Assembly: GCA_032718475.1 (NCBI GenBank)
Contig: JAUCBJ010006103.1
Location: forward strand, 1-39,394
DNA length: 39,394 nucleotides
From: Nemertoderma westbladi
Taxonomy: Eukaryota; Animalia; Xenacoelomorpha
Direction: 5' to 3'
The notes below the pieces were generated by a model. It had not been told where the DNA came from, did no database searches, and worked only from the letters and a program-made list of their open reading frames with translations. Shown piece by piece: positions 10,224 through 21,170 of the stretch. A program made the position numbers and the translations under genes. How positions within the stretch are numbered: position 1 is the stretch's first letter; every line of letters starts with the position of its first letter.

Positions 10224-13200
10224 ATGACACCGCGCTCAGAGTGTTTGTACCCGAGAAGTCTCAAAGAACGTCTGTGCAGCTCCAAGAAAACACAAAAATC
10301 GCACTTCCAGAAGAACGCTGTTCATTCGTTAAAGGGAAAATCGATTTTAAGGGTTCCACGTAATATAAGGAGATACAGTCCACGATTGATTCCATATGGT
10401 TATTCCCCAGGTAAGGCAGAATGTTTGTCGCCAGCACAAAAATCCTGGGAAGATTGTGGGGGTGAGCAGTGCATGGGTGGAGTTACTCCAGAAAACTTGG
10501 CGACATCTTACAGCGATTCACCAGCGTCATTAGATTCCTTCACAGATGATTTACGTCGCTCCGACATGATTCCTGCGGAAATGACCCCGCAGCCCAACCC
10601 TCCTGGTGGGAACACTGGCGCGATCAAGGGATCGGTTATTAATGAAGCCATAGAGAGAATGGGAGTGCCGAAATATGCATATTTTGGTTTACCAAATAGG
10701 GTGCCTGAGGTTACCTGCATGCAAGACATTTTTAATAAGTCTCAATCCAAGGCATCAGATATCTCAGATATCGCTTCCAATGCAAAAGAAGATAAAAGGG
10801 AAGTGTTTTGTGTGAAACGGAAACAAAATGAAATTAATCGAGTTTTACATAAAATAACTCCCCATTTAAAACATAAATCACTCCCTCATATGGGATTAAA
10901 CTCACCCCTTTATATATATAATTTTCGAAAATTAGCAGGTGATCGAAACAAATGCCTAACAAAAAATAGGGAATATTTCGATTCCATATATAACCCGTTA
11001 AATCTGAAAAATGATGGGAAAATTATTATTGAAAATGAAAAATTGCATGATTCTGAGGATGCAATGTATAACGGGATGGGTGATATTTGCCCCGACAAGA
11101 CCCAAAACAAAGTGTCCAGCGAATATATTGATGGGGGTACACTTTCTATGTCACAATCTCAGTCTAGTAGTAGAAATATTGTAGATAATATTGTAACTTA
11201 TACTAATCGTAACCGAACAACCTGTAAGAATAATAATATATCTTGCGACGACGTAACTGGTTCAGATGAAACACAATCGATAGAGGATTTTGACTCAGAA
11301 CAAAGGGAAATTATTAATAAGTTGTGCAATGAATACTCTTCCATTATATATAGATCCCAGGGGAATGAAAACAACTCTGTTAAAAGTGAAACACTAATCA
11401 CTAAACAAAGTATAAATGTTTCTGACATACCTCATGACAGATCTACAATGGATAAAGATTTGTCTCATCGAGGAGAATTAGAATCGATGCCAAGTTTAAA
11501 AGAAAACGATAACACGTTTACAACTGATTCAATGGCGCATACTGATCAGAAATGTACACTTTTGAATAAAGAAGAAAAGTCCGACGGGTACTATGTCAAT
11601 GTTGGAAACGATTTGAACGAGAAACAAGCAAGAAAAGAAAGTATTAGACTTAGAAATTTAGCCGATCTAGAATATGAAAATCTAATGCGGGAATCTTCGA
11701 GACTTAATTGTTTAGTTACAGAATTAGAGAGGTACAAATTAGAACTTTTGAATAATAATTGTAATTTGCAGAAGAAATTAGAACAGTATGTGTGCGAGTG
11801 CAGAAATCATAAAAATGACCTGAAGTTAATAATGAATGAGTTGGAAGTTATTGACAAGGACTACAACAGAATGACATCATTCACATCAGCAGCAGCTGAA
11901 GAAAAAAGAAAAATTATTGAAATAGAATACAAAATGGAACAAGATATTCAACGAATGACTGAGACTTGTGAGAAAGGAGTGAATGCTGATGATGTAATGC
12001 TTGCAATATTAAACGAACAAATTAAGTATAAAACACTGAATGACCACTTAAAAATGAAAGAACATAAGTATTTTGAATTGGAAAAGTCTGAGGATATAAT
12101 AAATTCCGAGAAGTTGAATCTTGCCAAGGAAATCGCAGAAATAGAACCAAAGGTTCGCAACCTCATAGATGATGTTAATTGCTACAAGGATAAGGCAACT
12201 GAAGCAGATAAATTAAGGTTGGTAAACAAAGAAGTTGACACTTCGATCAATGATTTAATAAATGCATGCGAATCCAACAAAGAACGAATGTCTTCAATTC
12301 AGTCCAGAGTTGTGGAAATAGAAACAGAGTTCAAATTACTTGCTTCTAAAAGTCATGATACAATTAAGAATAATGCTAACTTAGAAAATGAAGTAGCAGG
12401 TCTTAGCACGGAAAATGACCAACTTAAAAATGTTGTTCATCTAAATCTTAACAAAAACCCGAAGAGTTATTGCGATTCCACAGTACAAACAAATTGGGAT
12501 ACGTGGATTAGATTTAAACAAAAACAGCATAGTGCCAATATATTGGAAACAAATGCAATTCAAAACGACATCGTTCAACTAAGTAAAACAGTTGCGGAAT
12601 TCGAGAAAGTTAACAAATCGCTACTCTCTGAGCTGAATGATTTAGAACCATTTAAAAAAATGCAAATACAAGAGAATCGATATATAGAAGAAATTGCTGC
12701 AATTACACAAGACAAGCAATGTATTAGCAAGAAATTACGAGTAGTGCAAAGTAAAATAGAGAAGTACAATTCTATGAATGAATGCTTGGAAGAAAATTTG
12801 GGAAAAGCAGAAGATCTAAGAAATACAGAAAATAATAGACTTACATATAAAATAGATGAATTAAATTCAATAAGAAATAAGTTAGAAATAGAATTTGACA
12901 ACTTGAAAATGAGTGATAATGAACATAAACTCGAAATTGGCATACAAAAAAATTATAAAGAAGATTTAAAAATGCAAATTTGCACGGCACGGGATAATTT
13001 AGAGCTTAAAATATTAGCGGCAAATAATCAACTAAGTGAATTGCAAAATGTTGTGGAAATTGTAAAAACAGAAAGATGCCTTACCAATAATTTACAAACG
13101 AACCTGGGTAGTCTGAAAGGTCAATTGGAAACAATTGGTGATGAGAATCAACATATGGTCTCTCTTATTGAGAATGCCAAGTGCATGGAATTGGATCACA

Positions 13201-13850
13201 GAAGCAATATAGAAGATATGCACCAAACACAACAGAATCTGGCAGCTCACCGAGCTAAGTTACTATTATCCAATGAACAAATGAGAACGGAATTGGATGT
13301 AAAGCTAGAACATACTTCTCACTTGGCCTCAAATAAAGAGCAGCTAATGGCGAAAAATTTTCAAAAAGATCAAGATATAGAAATCATCCGAATTGAGCAA
13401 ACCACAGTGCCACACAAAATACTAGAATTGGAAAATGACATCAACCTACATGATGACAATATCTGTAGGCAGAAAGCGTTGATCAATGGTGTTGATATAC
13501 GAATGGAACTTATTCGCAATGAGATAAGTAATGTTACAAGGGAAATAGAGTGCATATCAAAGGAGAACAAAACGATGTGTTTCTCGGCCTCCGGAGATTG
13601 TAACGAGATACTCAGTTGTGAAGAGAAGTTAAAGAGTCGGGATAAATTAGCGGTCGATTATGAGGCGCTTCTGAAAGTCCATAGGAAGGCCTCTAACGAA
13701 ATGGTTTTGCTCAATCGAAACCTCGATGAGACAACCAATAAATTTAAGGCGCATTGTGTTTCTCTTGCATTAAGCAAAGACGCTAGTGGTGCACAGAAGG
13801 GTTTAAAAGGATTAATTCAAAGTATGCAATGGAGTGTTACCTCAGATTGA
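10224..13850 (+). CDS. Large (1208 aa) coiled-coil protein with a basic/disordered, S/T-P-rich N-terminus; function unknown
   Basis: A 3627-nt open frame in AT-rich DNA is very unlikely to be chance. Residues ~470-1190 are E/K/L/N/Q-rich with heptad-like hydrophobic spacing and few Pro/Gly. No transposon motifs are visible. A possible ATTAAA poly(A) signal lies at ~13972. Confidence 0.88.
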   Translation: MTPRSECLYPRSLKERLCSSKKTQKSHFQKNAVHSLKGKSILRVPRNIRRYSPRLIPYGYSPGKAECLSPAQKSWEDCGGEQCMGGVTPENLATSYSDSPASLDSFTDDLRRSDMIPAEMTPQPNPPGGNTGAIKGSVINEAIERMGVPKYAYFGLPNRVPEVTCMQDIFNKSQSKASDISDIASNAKEDKREVFCVKRKQNEINRVLHKITPHLKHKSLPHMGLNSPLYIYNFRKLAGDRNKCLTKNREYFDSIYNPLNLKNDGKIIIENEKLHDSEDAMYNGMGDICPDKTQNKVSSEYIDGGTLSMSQSQSSSRNIVDNIVTYTNRNRTTCKNNNISCDDVTGSDETQSIEDFDSEQREIINKLCNEYSSIIYRSQGNENNSVKSETLITKQSINVSDIPHDRSTMDKDLSHRGELESMPSLKENDNTFTTDSMAHTDQKCTLLNKEEKSDGYYVNVGNDLNEKQARKESIRLRNLADLEYENLMRESSRLNCLVTELERYKLELLNNNCNLQKKLEQYVCECRNHKNDLKLIMNELEVIDKDYNRMTSFTSAAAEEKRKIIEIEYKMEQDIQRMTETCEKGVNADDVMLAILNEQIKYKTLNDHLKMKEHKYFELEKSEDIINSEKLNLAKEIAEIEPKVRNLIDDVNCYKDKATEADKLRLVNKEVDTSINDLINACESNKERMSSIQSRVVEIETEFKLLASKSHDTIKNNANLENEVAGLSTENDQLKNVVHLNLNKNPKSYCDSTVQTNWDTWIRFKQKQHSANILETNAIQNDIVQLSKTVAEFEKVNKSLLSELNDLEPFKKMQIQENRYIEEIAAITQDKQCISKKLRVVQSKIEKYNSMNECLEENLGKAEDLRNTENNRLTYKIDELNSIRNKLEIEFDNLKMSDNEHKLEIGIQKNYKEDLKMQICTARDNLELKILAANNQLSELQNVVEIVKTERCLTNNLQTNLGSLKGQLETIGDENQHMVSLIENAKCMELDHRSNIEDMHQTQQNLAAHRAKLLLSNEQMRTELDVKLEHTSHLASNKEQLMAKNFQKDQDIEIIRIEQTTVPHKILELENDINLHDDNICRQKALINGVDIRMELIRNEISNVTREIECISKENKTMCFSASGDCNEILSCEEKLKSRDKLAVDYEALLKVHRKASNEMVLLNRNLDETTNKFKAHCVSLALSKDASGAQKGLKGLIQSMQWSVTSD

Positions 13851-14279
13851 GTGTCAAAAACAATCTCCATTATCCATATTTGAATTCTAATTCATCCATG
13901 CCAATACACATGATAGAACTCGTTTTTGTTAATTTATAACATTGTGTAACAGACGAATATTCATTAATTTCATTAAAATGAAATTAATTCGAACGTTTCG
14001 ACAATATGTTACAGTAATAATATTATTAATAATATTACAGAAATTAAGGCCCAACAACAACCGAATATTATAATAATTAATGAAACTTTATTATATTACG
14101 TGTTTCAATATCATTTGCATTTCATAATATTAATATAATAATAGATCAAATATTTTGAATACATAGCTAATTATATAAGAGTGAGGTGTGTGTAACTTCT
14201 CCGAATTTTACAATAAGCATAATTTGTCCTAATCCAGCGATCCTGGTAACATGTTACTAAAGATAGGAGGGGGTGTCGT

Positions 14280-15416
14280 CTTAAAGTCAGTATCTTATAA
14301 GCATCTTCAGATTGGCCACAACTGCTGTAAAGTACGTCACCATCCTAACATAGGCAAGTCTAACAATCTGTATTATGTTGGACGAGAGCCATTCACAGCA
14401 CATATTCCACCGCAATACTGAAGAGGAAGTCAAAGCGTGCTTCCTTGGAGTACACACCGACACCATGACAATCTGTATCTCCATGACAATATCTGTCCTA
14501 TCCATATCTGCAGATATTGACAGTTACTTCGACAAAGTGCCGAAGACATGGAATAAGTCTACAAAGTTAATGGCTAGATGCCAGTCTTTCCTTGTTGGCA
14601 ATTCTTCCAGGATCTGTCCAAGTGCCAGAATTGAGTTATTTCAATAATACACTTTAAACGGTACAAAATAACTTTTTTGAATAGCATAGCTGCATATAAA
14701 TAAGGTTGATTCCACGATATGACACATGCAGTATTAGGTTGTCTTTCTTAGGCACAGTAACTAGCTTGTTAGTCATAATTTCTCCGATTTGTCGATGTCT
14801 GCGTTGTTTGTGCGTGACATGACTTTGAGAATGGTACCTCATGGACATTTCCCCAGTCACCTCCTCACCATAGTACCCCGGAGCAATGGACACACTGTCA
14901 CTCAAGCCTTTGTCAAGTGCCTCATGGCCCTCCGGAATAGTCCACAGGAGACCAGATACTCTCCCGCCAACCAAGTGGTGTATAACCACCCCCTGAGGAC
15001 TAGGGTCGTCCAACGTAGTGCATTTGCTATGGATCATCAGATCATTCGATGCAGGTTGGACACACTCGCGACCACTCTACGGGCCTCCCGAATCGCCACC
15101 TACAACATTGCGACCAACAGTCTACCACCCTTCACGGTCTTTCAGGACCCCAATTCCTACCACTGGAATCACAAAGTGATGGTAGTCGAGGTCTGGCATC
15201 ATCAGCACTATACAGTGCATAACCCCCTCTGGTCGTACTGTGATAAGAAATCGCTATTACCTCCTCTGCGATACATCCAACGTATGTCTCCACCGCTCTC
15301 CAGCACCGCTCCAACACTTGCTAAGTTCCGGATAGCACTACCACGTCCACTGGCCCCATGGCCATAGCGGATGTCGACCCCACTGGAACCGTAAGAGGAC
15401 ACTACACTGGACTCCC
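14280..15416 (-). mobile_element. Internally deleted, degenerate RTE-type LINE retaining its GC-rich 5' region
   Basis: Minus strand LVTVPKKDN..SYRGINL (~14700-14765) and a frameshifted GVLQG...VEYVLRMAL region (~14385-14460). A GC-rich, stem-loop-rich segment 14790-15416 ends abruptly against AT-rich flank. Confidence 0.65.
15356..15416 (-). ncRNA. Candidate degenerate HDV-like self-cleaving ribozyme at the RTE 5' end
   Basis: The minus strand reads GGGAGUC CAGUGUA GUG UCCUCU UAC GGUUCCA GU GGGGUCGACAUCC GCUA UGGCCAUGG. The P1, P3, L3 (UCCUC), P4 and J4/2 order fits, but P2 pairing is poor. Confidence 0.3.
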
Positions 15417-15921
15417 TATTTTCTGGTGATGTTAATCTTTAGGCATGCAACAGACTAACTGTAAAACACAATATCAGCTGATGCTGACATCATAGTGTAT
15501 AGAGTCAGGCCTTGCAGTACCAGAAACATAAGCTATGCAGGCTGCTTGGAGAAGCGCCCCCAAGTGGAACAGTGGTGCAACATCGAATCGCTCCAACAAT
15601 GCTTAATGAAATGCGAACCTGCCGATAATATATAAATGTTTGAAAAATTACCGTAGTGCACTTTTTATTTATAAATAAGCATTAAAAATAAAAAAAACAA
15701 ATCACACCAATATATGTATAAGTGTTCGCCATTGGGTTGTTTACCAGTAGTAATCTGATGTTCTCGGTTTTTTAAACTTTAGATTGATTAACATTTAGAG
15801 CTGTTGTAGTAGGCCTATCTGTAATTTCATCCAAATTTCATGAATATTCCTAAACAATACAATATCAAGGCATTAATTAAGCGTTTAGAACCCCCAAAAT
15901 TGATATAATGCAATGGAAATA

Positions 15922-16066
15922 CGTTGTATGAAAAGGCACTAGTCTGCGTTAATGGCCTTTAGAAATTTATGTAAACCTACCTCGCTGCGCTTGACCAGCA
16001 CATAAATACACTGATACAGTTGTAGAGTAAACGTTGAATTGTAATACTTTTCACACAATTACAACG
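15922..16066 (+). repeat. Decayed solo palindrome of the Crypton-like family
   Basis: ttatgtaaacctacctcgctgcgct matches 3422-3446. Outer arms cgttgta..tgaaaag / ctttttca..tacaacg. Confidence 0.55.
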
Positions 16067-16496
16067 AACCTGTCTTTAGATTGGGTATTTTTTGTCTAAA
16101 GCTGAGGCCGGCAAAAACACGATGGGTGTTTGTTTGTATGTTGTATGTTTATTTATTTATATAACCACCAAATGGCTTCAAACCACTTGCATATATTGGA
16201 AAATTGTAAATGCAACTATTTATCAATTGTTATCTAGTTGTTGAATAACCCATTAACATATTTAGTGATTTGTTTGCTTAGGCGAATGTGTATTACATTA
16301 GATGGGAGGCAGTTTCTTTGGTTGATGCAAGTCATTCTTGGTTTGCATCTTCCAATCCCATCTGTTTCTTGGAGTTTGTTTAAGACAGGTTCGTTTAAAG
16401 CCACCTTGATGGCGTTCTAGTGTATGATATTTATAGATGTGCGTATAACAAATCACAAACCACAGCCTAACTATTCCATTTCATTAAAATACACAA

Positions 16497-17501
16497 CTAT
16501 TTTTTGCTGTTTGCCATACAATATTGGACAATTTCACTTTTAGTTAGGACGCCATCGAAATTTTCATCTGCGTATTTCATCAAGTTGTTCTTAATTCTCT
16601 CCAAATCGTTGATATTTACTTCTAATCCTTTAAACATAAAGAGATCCCTCAGTAGACCCATTAGTTCCTCCTGATCGATTGTTTTCGATCCATCTTTATC
16701 ATAATAATCGAAGACCTTATCGAAATCCGATCGACTCATCTTGAGATCATGAAACCTCTTGAGGTAATTCTCTTCAACCGGCAACAGATCCGACAGTTCA
16801 CTTATACTTATCTGACCATCCTTATTAGCATCATAGTAGCTTTTAATTCGCCTAAAAATAATATAATCAATAAATAGTATAAATAATACAACTATAGTAC
16901 TGTAGGCAAAACTATATGATACAGAAATTAATTATATTTTATATTTAGTGTTAGTTTATGGACCAAAGATTTAAAAAGAACCATAAAAATTCTAAAACTA
17001 TATATCTATGTACAATGTGGGTTAGCTATTTTTAAAAAAACCGAGAGGATAGAGCAAGAAATTCTCATTTAGTTAATGTTGGATTCAGCGACACCTCTTT
17101 CAATGGTGTCGAGCACAGGGCGTTTACAGGGCGATCGCGATCTGGAGCCACGGCTGAACAACAGCAGCTCAACCTCATTCTCACCCAGTGGACACACTCT
17201 CTGCATGATTTCTCACGGAAGATGAACGCACGCTGTTCCATAATATTTCCCAACAAATAATAAATAATTAGAAAATATAATTTGTCTCCATTTACCTGAA
17301 TCTATGCTGACACTCCTCAACTGTTGCTGATGGATTCACTGATCTCACTAAATCTGTTACTAAACTCTCCAGTTCGTTGACATCTATGAACCCGCTGAAA
17401 TCAGCATCATAGAATTTCCAAACTTTAATGAATTCGTGGCTAGTGAGACGATACCTGTTTCGGAACTCAGCCAGCATATTATTTTGTGTATCTGTCTCCA
17501 T
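16497..17501 (-). CDS. Calbindin/calretinin/secretagogin-family calcium-binding protein, 186 aa, four EF-hands; exons 17501-17296 and 16851-16497
   Basis: Donor TTCAG|GTAAA (intron starts 17295) and acceptor tatttttag|G (intron ends 16852) join in frame (AG+G=Arg) across a 444-nt intron. EF loops are DADFSGFIDVNE, DANKDGQISISE, DKDGSKTIDQEE and DENFDGVLTKSE, with the family hallmark linker LLPVEENYL. Confidence 0.9.
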
Positions 17502-17539
17502 TGTCAGACGATGGATGCAATATATTTATTAAAATAAAG

Positions 17540-18010
17540 ATTCTAAATATTAAATCTCATGAGAACAATGAAGAGCATGTACAGCTAGCAATATAAGCTT
17601 ATTCACAAGAAGATGCAGGTGTTCTCATGGTGATACCAGTAACAGGAAATTAGTAAAACCAAGTCAACCAGTAGTAGTAGTAATATAAAATGCTGCATAT
17701 CTAGCAAATCTCAACATATATTTCAATCTGTACCAGTCAAACTCCGTTTAGTCAGATTTCACATGGATACAATAGCACGCCATCTCTGCAAAACAACACC
17801 TCCATAGTTCTCAATCGATACAATAGCACGCCATCTCTGCATAACAACACCTCCATAGTTCTCAATCGAGCCATGTAAATCACAGATTCAATTGCATTAT
17901 CACGACCAATGTCTCGATATGACTACGATATGTCTACTTGATTAGACATCTGACTATTTTGCAGACCATTCAGGATTTAAGTGGCTGACCACCACCAAAT
18001 TACCTCCCAC
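17540..18010 (-). mobile_element. Highly degenerate CR1/L2-type LINE endonuclease fragment
   Basis: Frameshifted minus-strand remnants in APE order: HLN..GL, IVVIS-ETW, GGV..CIHVKSD, FIVL..DFNI-like. Confidence 0.4.
17766..17869. repeat. 51-bp tandem duplication
   Basis: gatacaatagcacgccatctctgca(a/t)aacaacacctccatagttctcaatc starts at 17766 and 17817, with one mismatch. Confidence 0.93.
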
Positions 18011-18174
18011 CAGCCGGATGTCAGAACATGATCATACACACAACACAGTCTTACGATAGCAGTAGTGGTCGGCAAGACTCAGTTGTCATGGAGTGCTGGG
18101 TTTTGGCAATAAGATGCACCTACCGAAATTCTAAAAATTATCATTGCTTAAATTATTTTTGTATCCCCCTTTAA

Positions 18175-19744
18175 CCCTATTAGTACCGGTCTATAAAATG
18201 TTGTACAAATACCGGGGGGTACAAATACCAAATATTGACCCCCCCCCCCCACCCTCTAAACTCTATAAATTTTTACGAAAACGTCTGATTTTTTGTTTGT
18301 ACGTAGTTATCAGTAGTCTGGATCCGACCGAAAAAAAAAAATGTCGAAAAAATGTACTGGAGGGTGGTTATATTGCAGCACCAAAATTACAAGTAGTGCA
18401 CAATTTTCACAAAATTGAAAGTTACATTTTTCGGCTAATTGTTTTTCAATACAGGTTTTCTGGGGTGCAAAATACATTGGAAAATATTTAAAAATGATAT
18501 GATTACTATAAATGGCTGTTTAGTCCTCTCTGCGTAGGAAAAAAATGAAAAAAACAAGTAACCAGCACTTTTCAGTTAGAACACAAAATTTTTAATTCAC
18601 TTATACGATGCTATAAATTCACATTTTCAGGTTTTCTAGGGCGCTGATTCTAATGGAATACATTTCAAATATGCCAGATCATTGCTACTTTTATTTTTCG
18701 GCGTAATTTGCAAATTTTGGTGCTAGCACCAAATTTCGTACCCATCACCAAAAAGTACAAGTTTACGATGCCCAGTGCTGTTTTTATTGATTCCATCGGA
18801 TTCAGGACCCTCATAAACCCGTATAACGTAAGAAACAAGATGATACTATCTATTGATCAATTTGCTTATTTAAAAATTTGGTGCTGGCACAAAAATTTTC
18901 AACCACCTGTGAAAAATACAAGTTTAAAAACTCTTTTGAAATTTTTACAGAATCCATTGAATTCAGAATCCCCACAAACCCGTATAACGCAAGAAACAAG
19001 GTGACACAATCAATTGATATATTTGATGGTTTTCAAAAGGAAGTGGGTTTGCACCCACTTCCGAAAAATACAAGTTTGATATGTCTAGTTCGATAATAAT
19101 GTATTCCATTGAATTCAGAACAGCCATAAAACTCCAAAACGCAAGAAATAATTTATCACAAGCAATTTTATCTATTGAATGGATTTTTCAAACTTTCGTG
19201 CTAGCACCAAAATTTGCACACAGCACCGAAAAATACAAGTTTGATACGCTTGGTGCAACTCGTATATATTCCATCGAAACCAGAACCCCAAAAAACCCCA
19301 TATGCTTAAAATACAACTTTCAAATAATCAATTGACAAAATTTACATAATTCAAAATTTGGTGCTGGCTGGCACCAAAATTTGGCACCCGCTGAAAAAAA
19401 CAAGTTTGAAATTTCTAAATTAATTTATATGAATTCCATCTAATTGTTACAGTAAAACCAAAAAAACGGTATAAATCAAAAATAGAGATGTTACAAATCA
19501 TATTTAATGAATTGTAATTTTCAAAAAACGTCTCAAAAAAAATGCCGAAAGTAGGGTTAAAAAATGGTGCTATAACTCGAAAACTTCCCGATATTTTTGA
19601 AAACGGTTTTCACTACTAGGAAGACAATAGATTTTTAGGAAAAGTCATAAAATTTCAGATTCCAAACTGCGTTTGTTTCAGAATTATAACAAAAAACCAC
19701 GGGGAGGGTCATATTGACTCCCCCCCCCCCCGGGTTTAATAGGG
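18175..19744. mobile_element. Non-autonomous piggyBac-type DNA transposon (1570 bp)
   Basis: TTAA at 18171-18174 and 19745-19748 flank inverted termini ccctattagtaccgg / ccgggtttaataggg (CCC start). Subterminal tattgac-poly(C) at both ends. No transposase ORF. Confidence 0.85.
18700..19450. repeat. Degenerate ~160-bp tandem repeat (~5 units) inside the piggyBac-type element
   Basis: The anchor motif acaagttt recurs at ~18757, 18918, 19070, 19235 and 19400, usually preceded by gtgctRgcacMaaa and followed by attccat.ga..cagaa. Confidence 0.75.
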
Positions 19745-19977
19745 TTAAGAGATGAACCCTACTAACTACGATACGGCTAGCACCCTGCCCTTCAAGACTA
19801 CACGGTACACCGCTCTGTAATAACCACCCCTAGTGGAATACAGTATGTAGGTATATGGTCTACATAGTGTTACACCAGTATCCCTCATACACTAAGACGG
19901 GGCTGGGAGCTGCAATTAATAAGATTGAAATTAGATTCTTCAAAATTGCAATATATTTCGTTGCCTTTGGCTTCCTT

Positions 19978-20155
19978 GGCCGCGTTCACACTACCGAGTT
20001 AAAGTCGAAGTCGAAGTCGAAATAACATAAATATAGCTATAGCAATAATAAATAATAATACATAAGGGCATTCTATAATCATATTTCATCTGATGTGTTT
20101 TACATATTATTATGTCTTTTAACTTTGACTTTGTCTTTGTAATGTGAACGCGGCC
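19978..20155. mobile_element. 178-bp PIF/Harbinger-like MITE
   Basis: TIRs ggccgcgttcacactac / gtaatgtgaacgcggcc (16/17), with subterminal (aagtcg)n / (ctttg)-type subrepeats and TTA on the right flank. Confidence 0.75.
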
Positions 20156-20699
20156 TTACAGATAACATCAAAGTGTGTACAGAGAGGTACAACTGTGATA
20201 GCTCGACATTTTTTTATCATTTAATGATATCCTAGTATAACATCTTATTTAACTATCTTTGGGTAAAAAATGTACCGGTACCATAAATATTTATGCAATT
20301 AAACAAATAATCTGAACTTAATGAATGCAAATACATGTTCCATGCCGCTATTATAACCTGATATAAGGAACAAGTTTCAGAAGAGACAATAGGAAACATC
20401 TTGGCATGAAAGTGTAAACCTGTAATTCACATGAGAGTTTACATTATAAATTTTATATAATGGGCTACAAAATTCATTATTCATGAAACATAAATATACA
20501 TGGCCTACATAATTGCCACGCTACATTAGTTTCATTGCCAATATTCTCTAACAAACTATAATACCCGACCCATTATCATATAAGGTAAGGTGTTTATTTA
20601 GGTATGCGAGGACCTAGTTTACTTTAATTAAGAATTTATTGGGACGAATTGGAGCATTAAGAAATTATCAATGTTGTACAGAGTACTATTATACAGTCT

Positions 20700-21130
20700 G
20701 TAAAATAATTTATTCTTTTAGTAAAGCGGGTTAATTGCATAAAGACTATTCCCGATGTGTCCTATCTAACTATCTAATGAACACTTCCTGGAATAGACCC
20801 CAATCTAATCGGTGATATCCTTTGACAACTCATGAACTGTGTGTTCTTCACACATAAAACTATTCCCAACCTGTTCATCTACTCAATAATTAGTAATACT
20901 TACAAGAGTAAATTTCATAACATTATGGTCTCTACTTCTGACAGACCCATTGAATCGAACAGCGTCCTTGGGAAGTAGTTTGAATAGTGACTGATTGAGG
21001 CATACCGCAGCGGACTGCCAACCCACATCCTAAACAAATGTCATATAAGAAGAACAATTGGGACTGTCATGGATGTAAACATATTCTTTGACGTCAATGA
21101 ATACTGCACACACATCATCCCATTCTTTAA
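20700..21130 (-). mobile_element. Degenerate CR1/L2-type reverse-transcriptase fragment
   Basis: Minus-strand DDVCAVFIDVK (cf. VDAVFLDFSKAFD) followed by AVRCGMPQ (cf. V.SGVPQGS), with many disruptions. Confidence 0.4.
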
Positions 21131-21170
21131 TTGTCAATTTGATATTGAATCAACCCTCGACGATGTCGAC

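Noticed and set aside
10508-13570. Short minus-strand ORFs within the coiled-coil gene
   Set aside because: Antisense shadows of the long plus-strand CDS.
15130-15225. Hammerhead ribozyme (minus-strand CUGAUGA ... GAAA)
   Set aside because: Stem III cannot form with the sequence before stem I and the cleavage-site base would be G.
14789-15367. 192-aa plus-strand ORF
   Set aside because: It is antisense to the GC-rich 5' part of the RTE element, has a non-ATG start and no recognisable domain.
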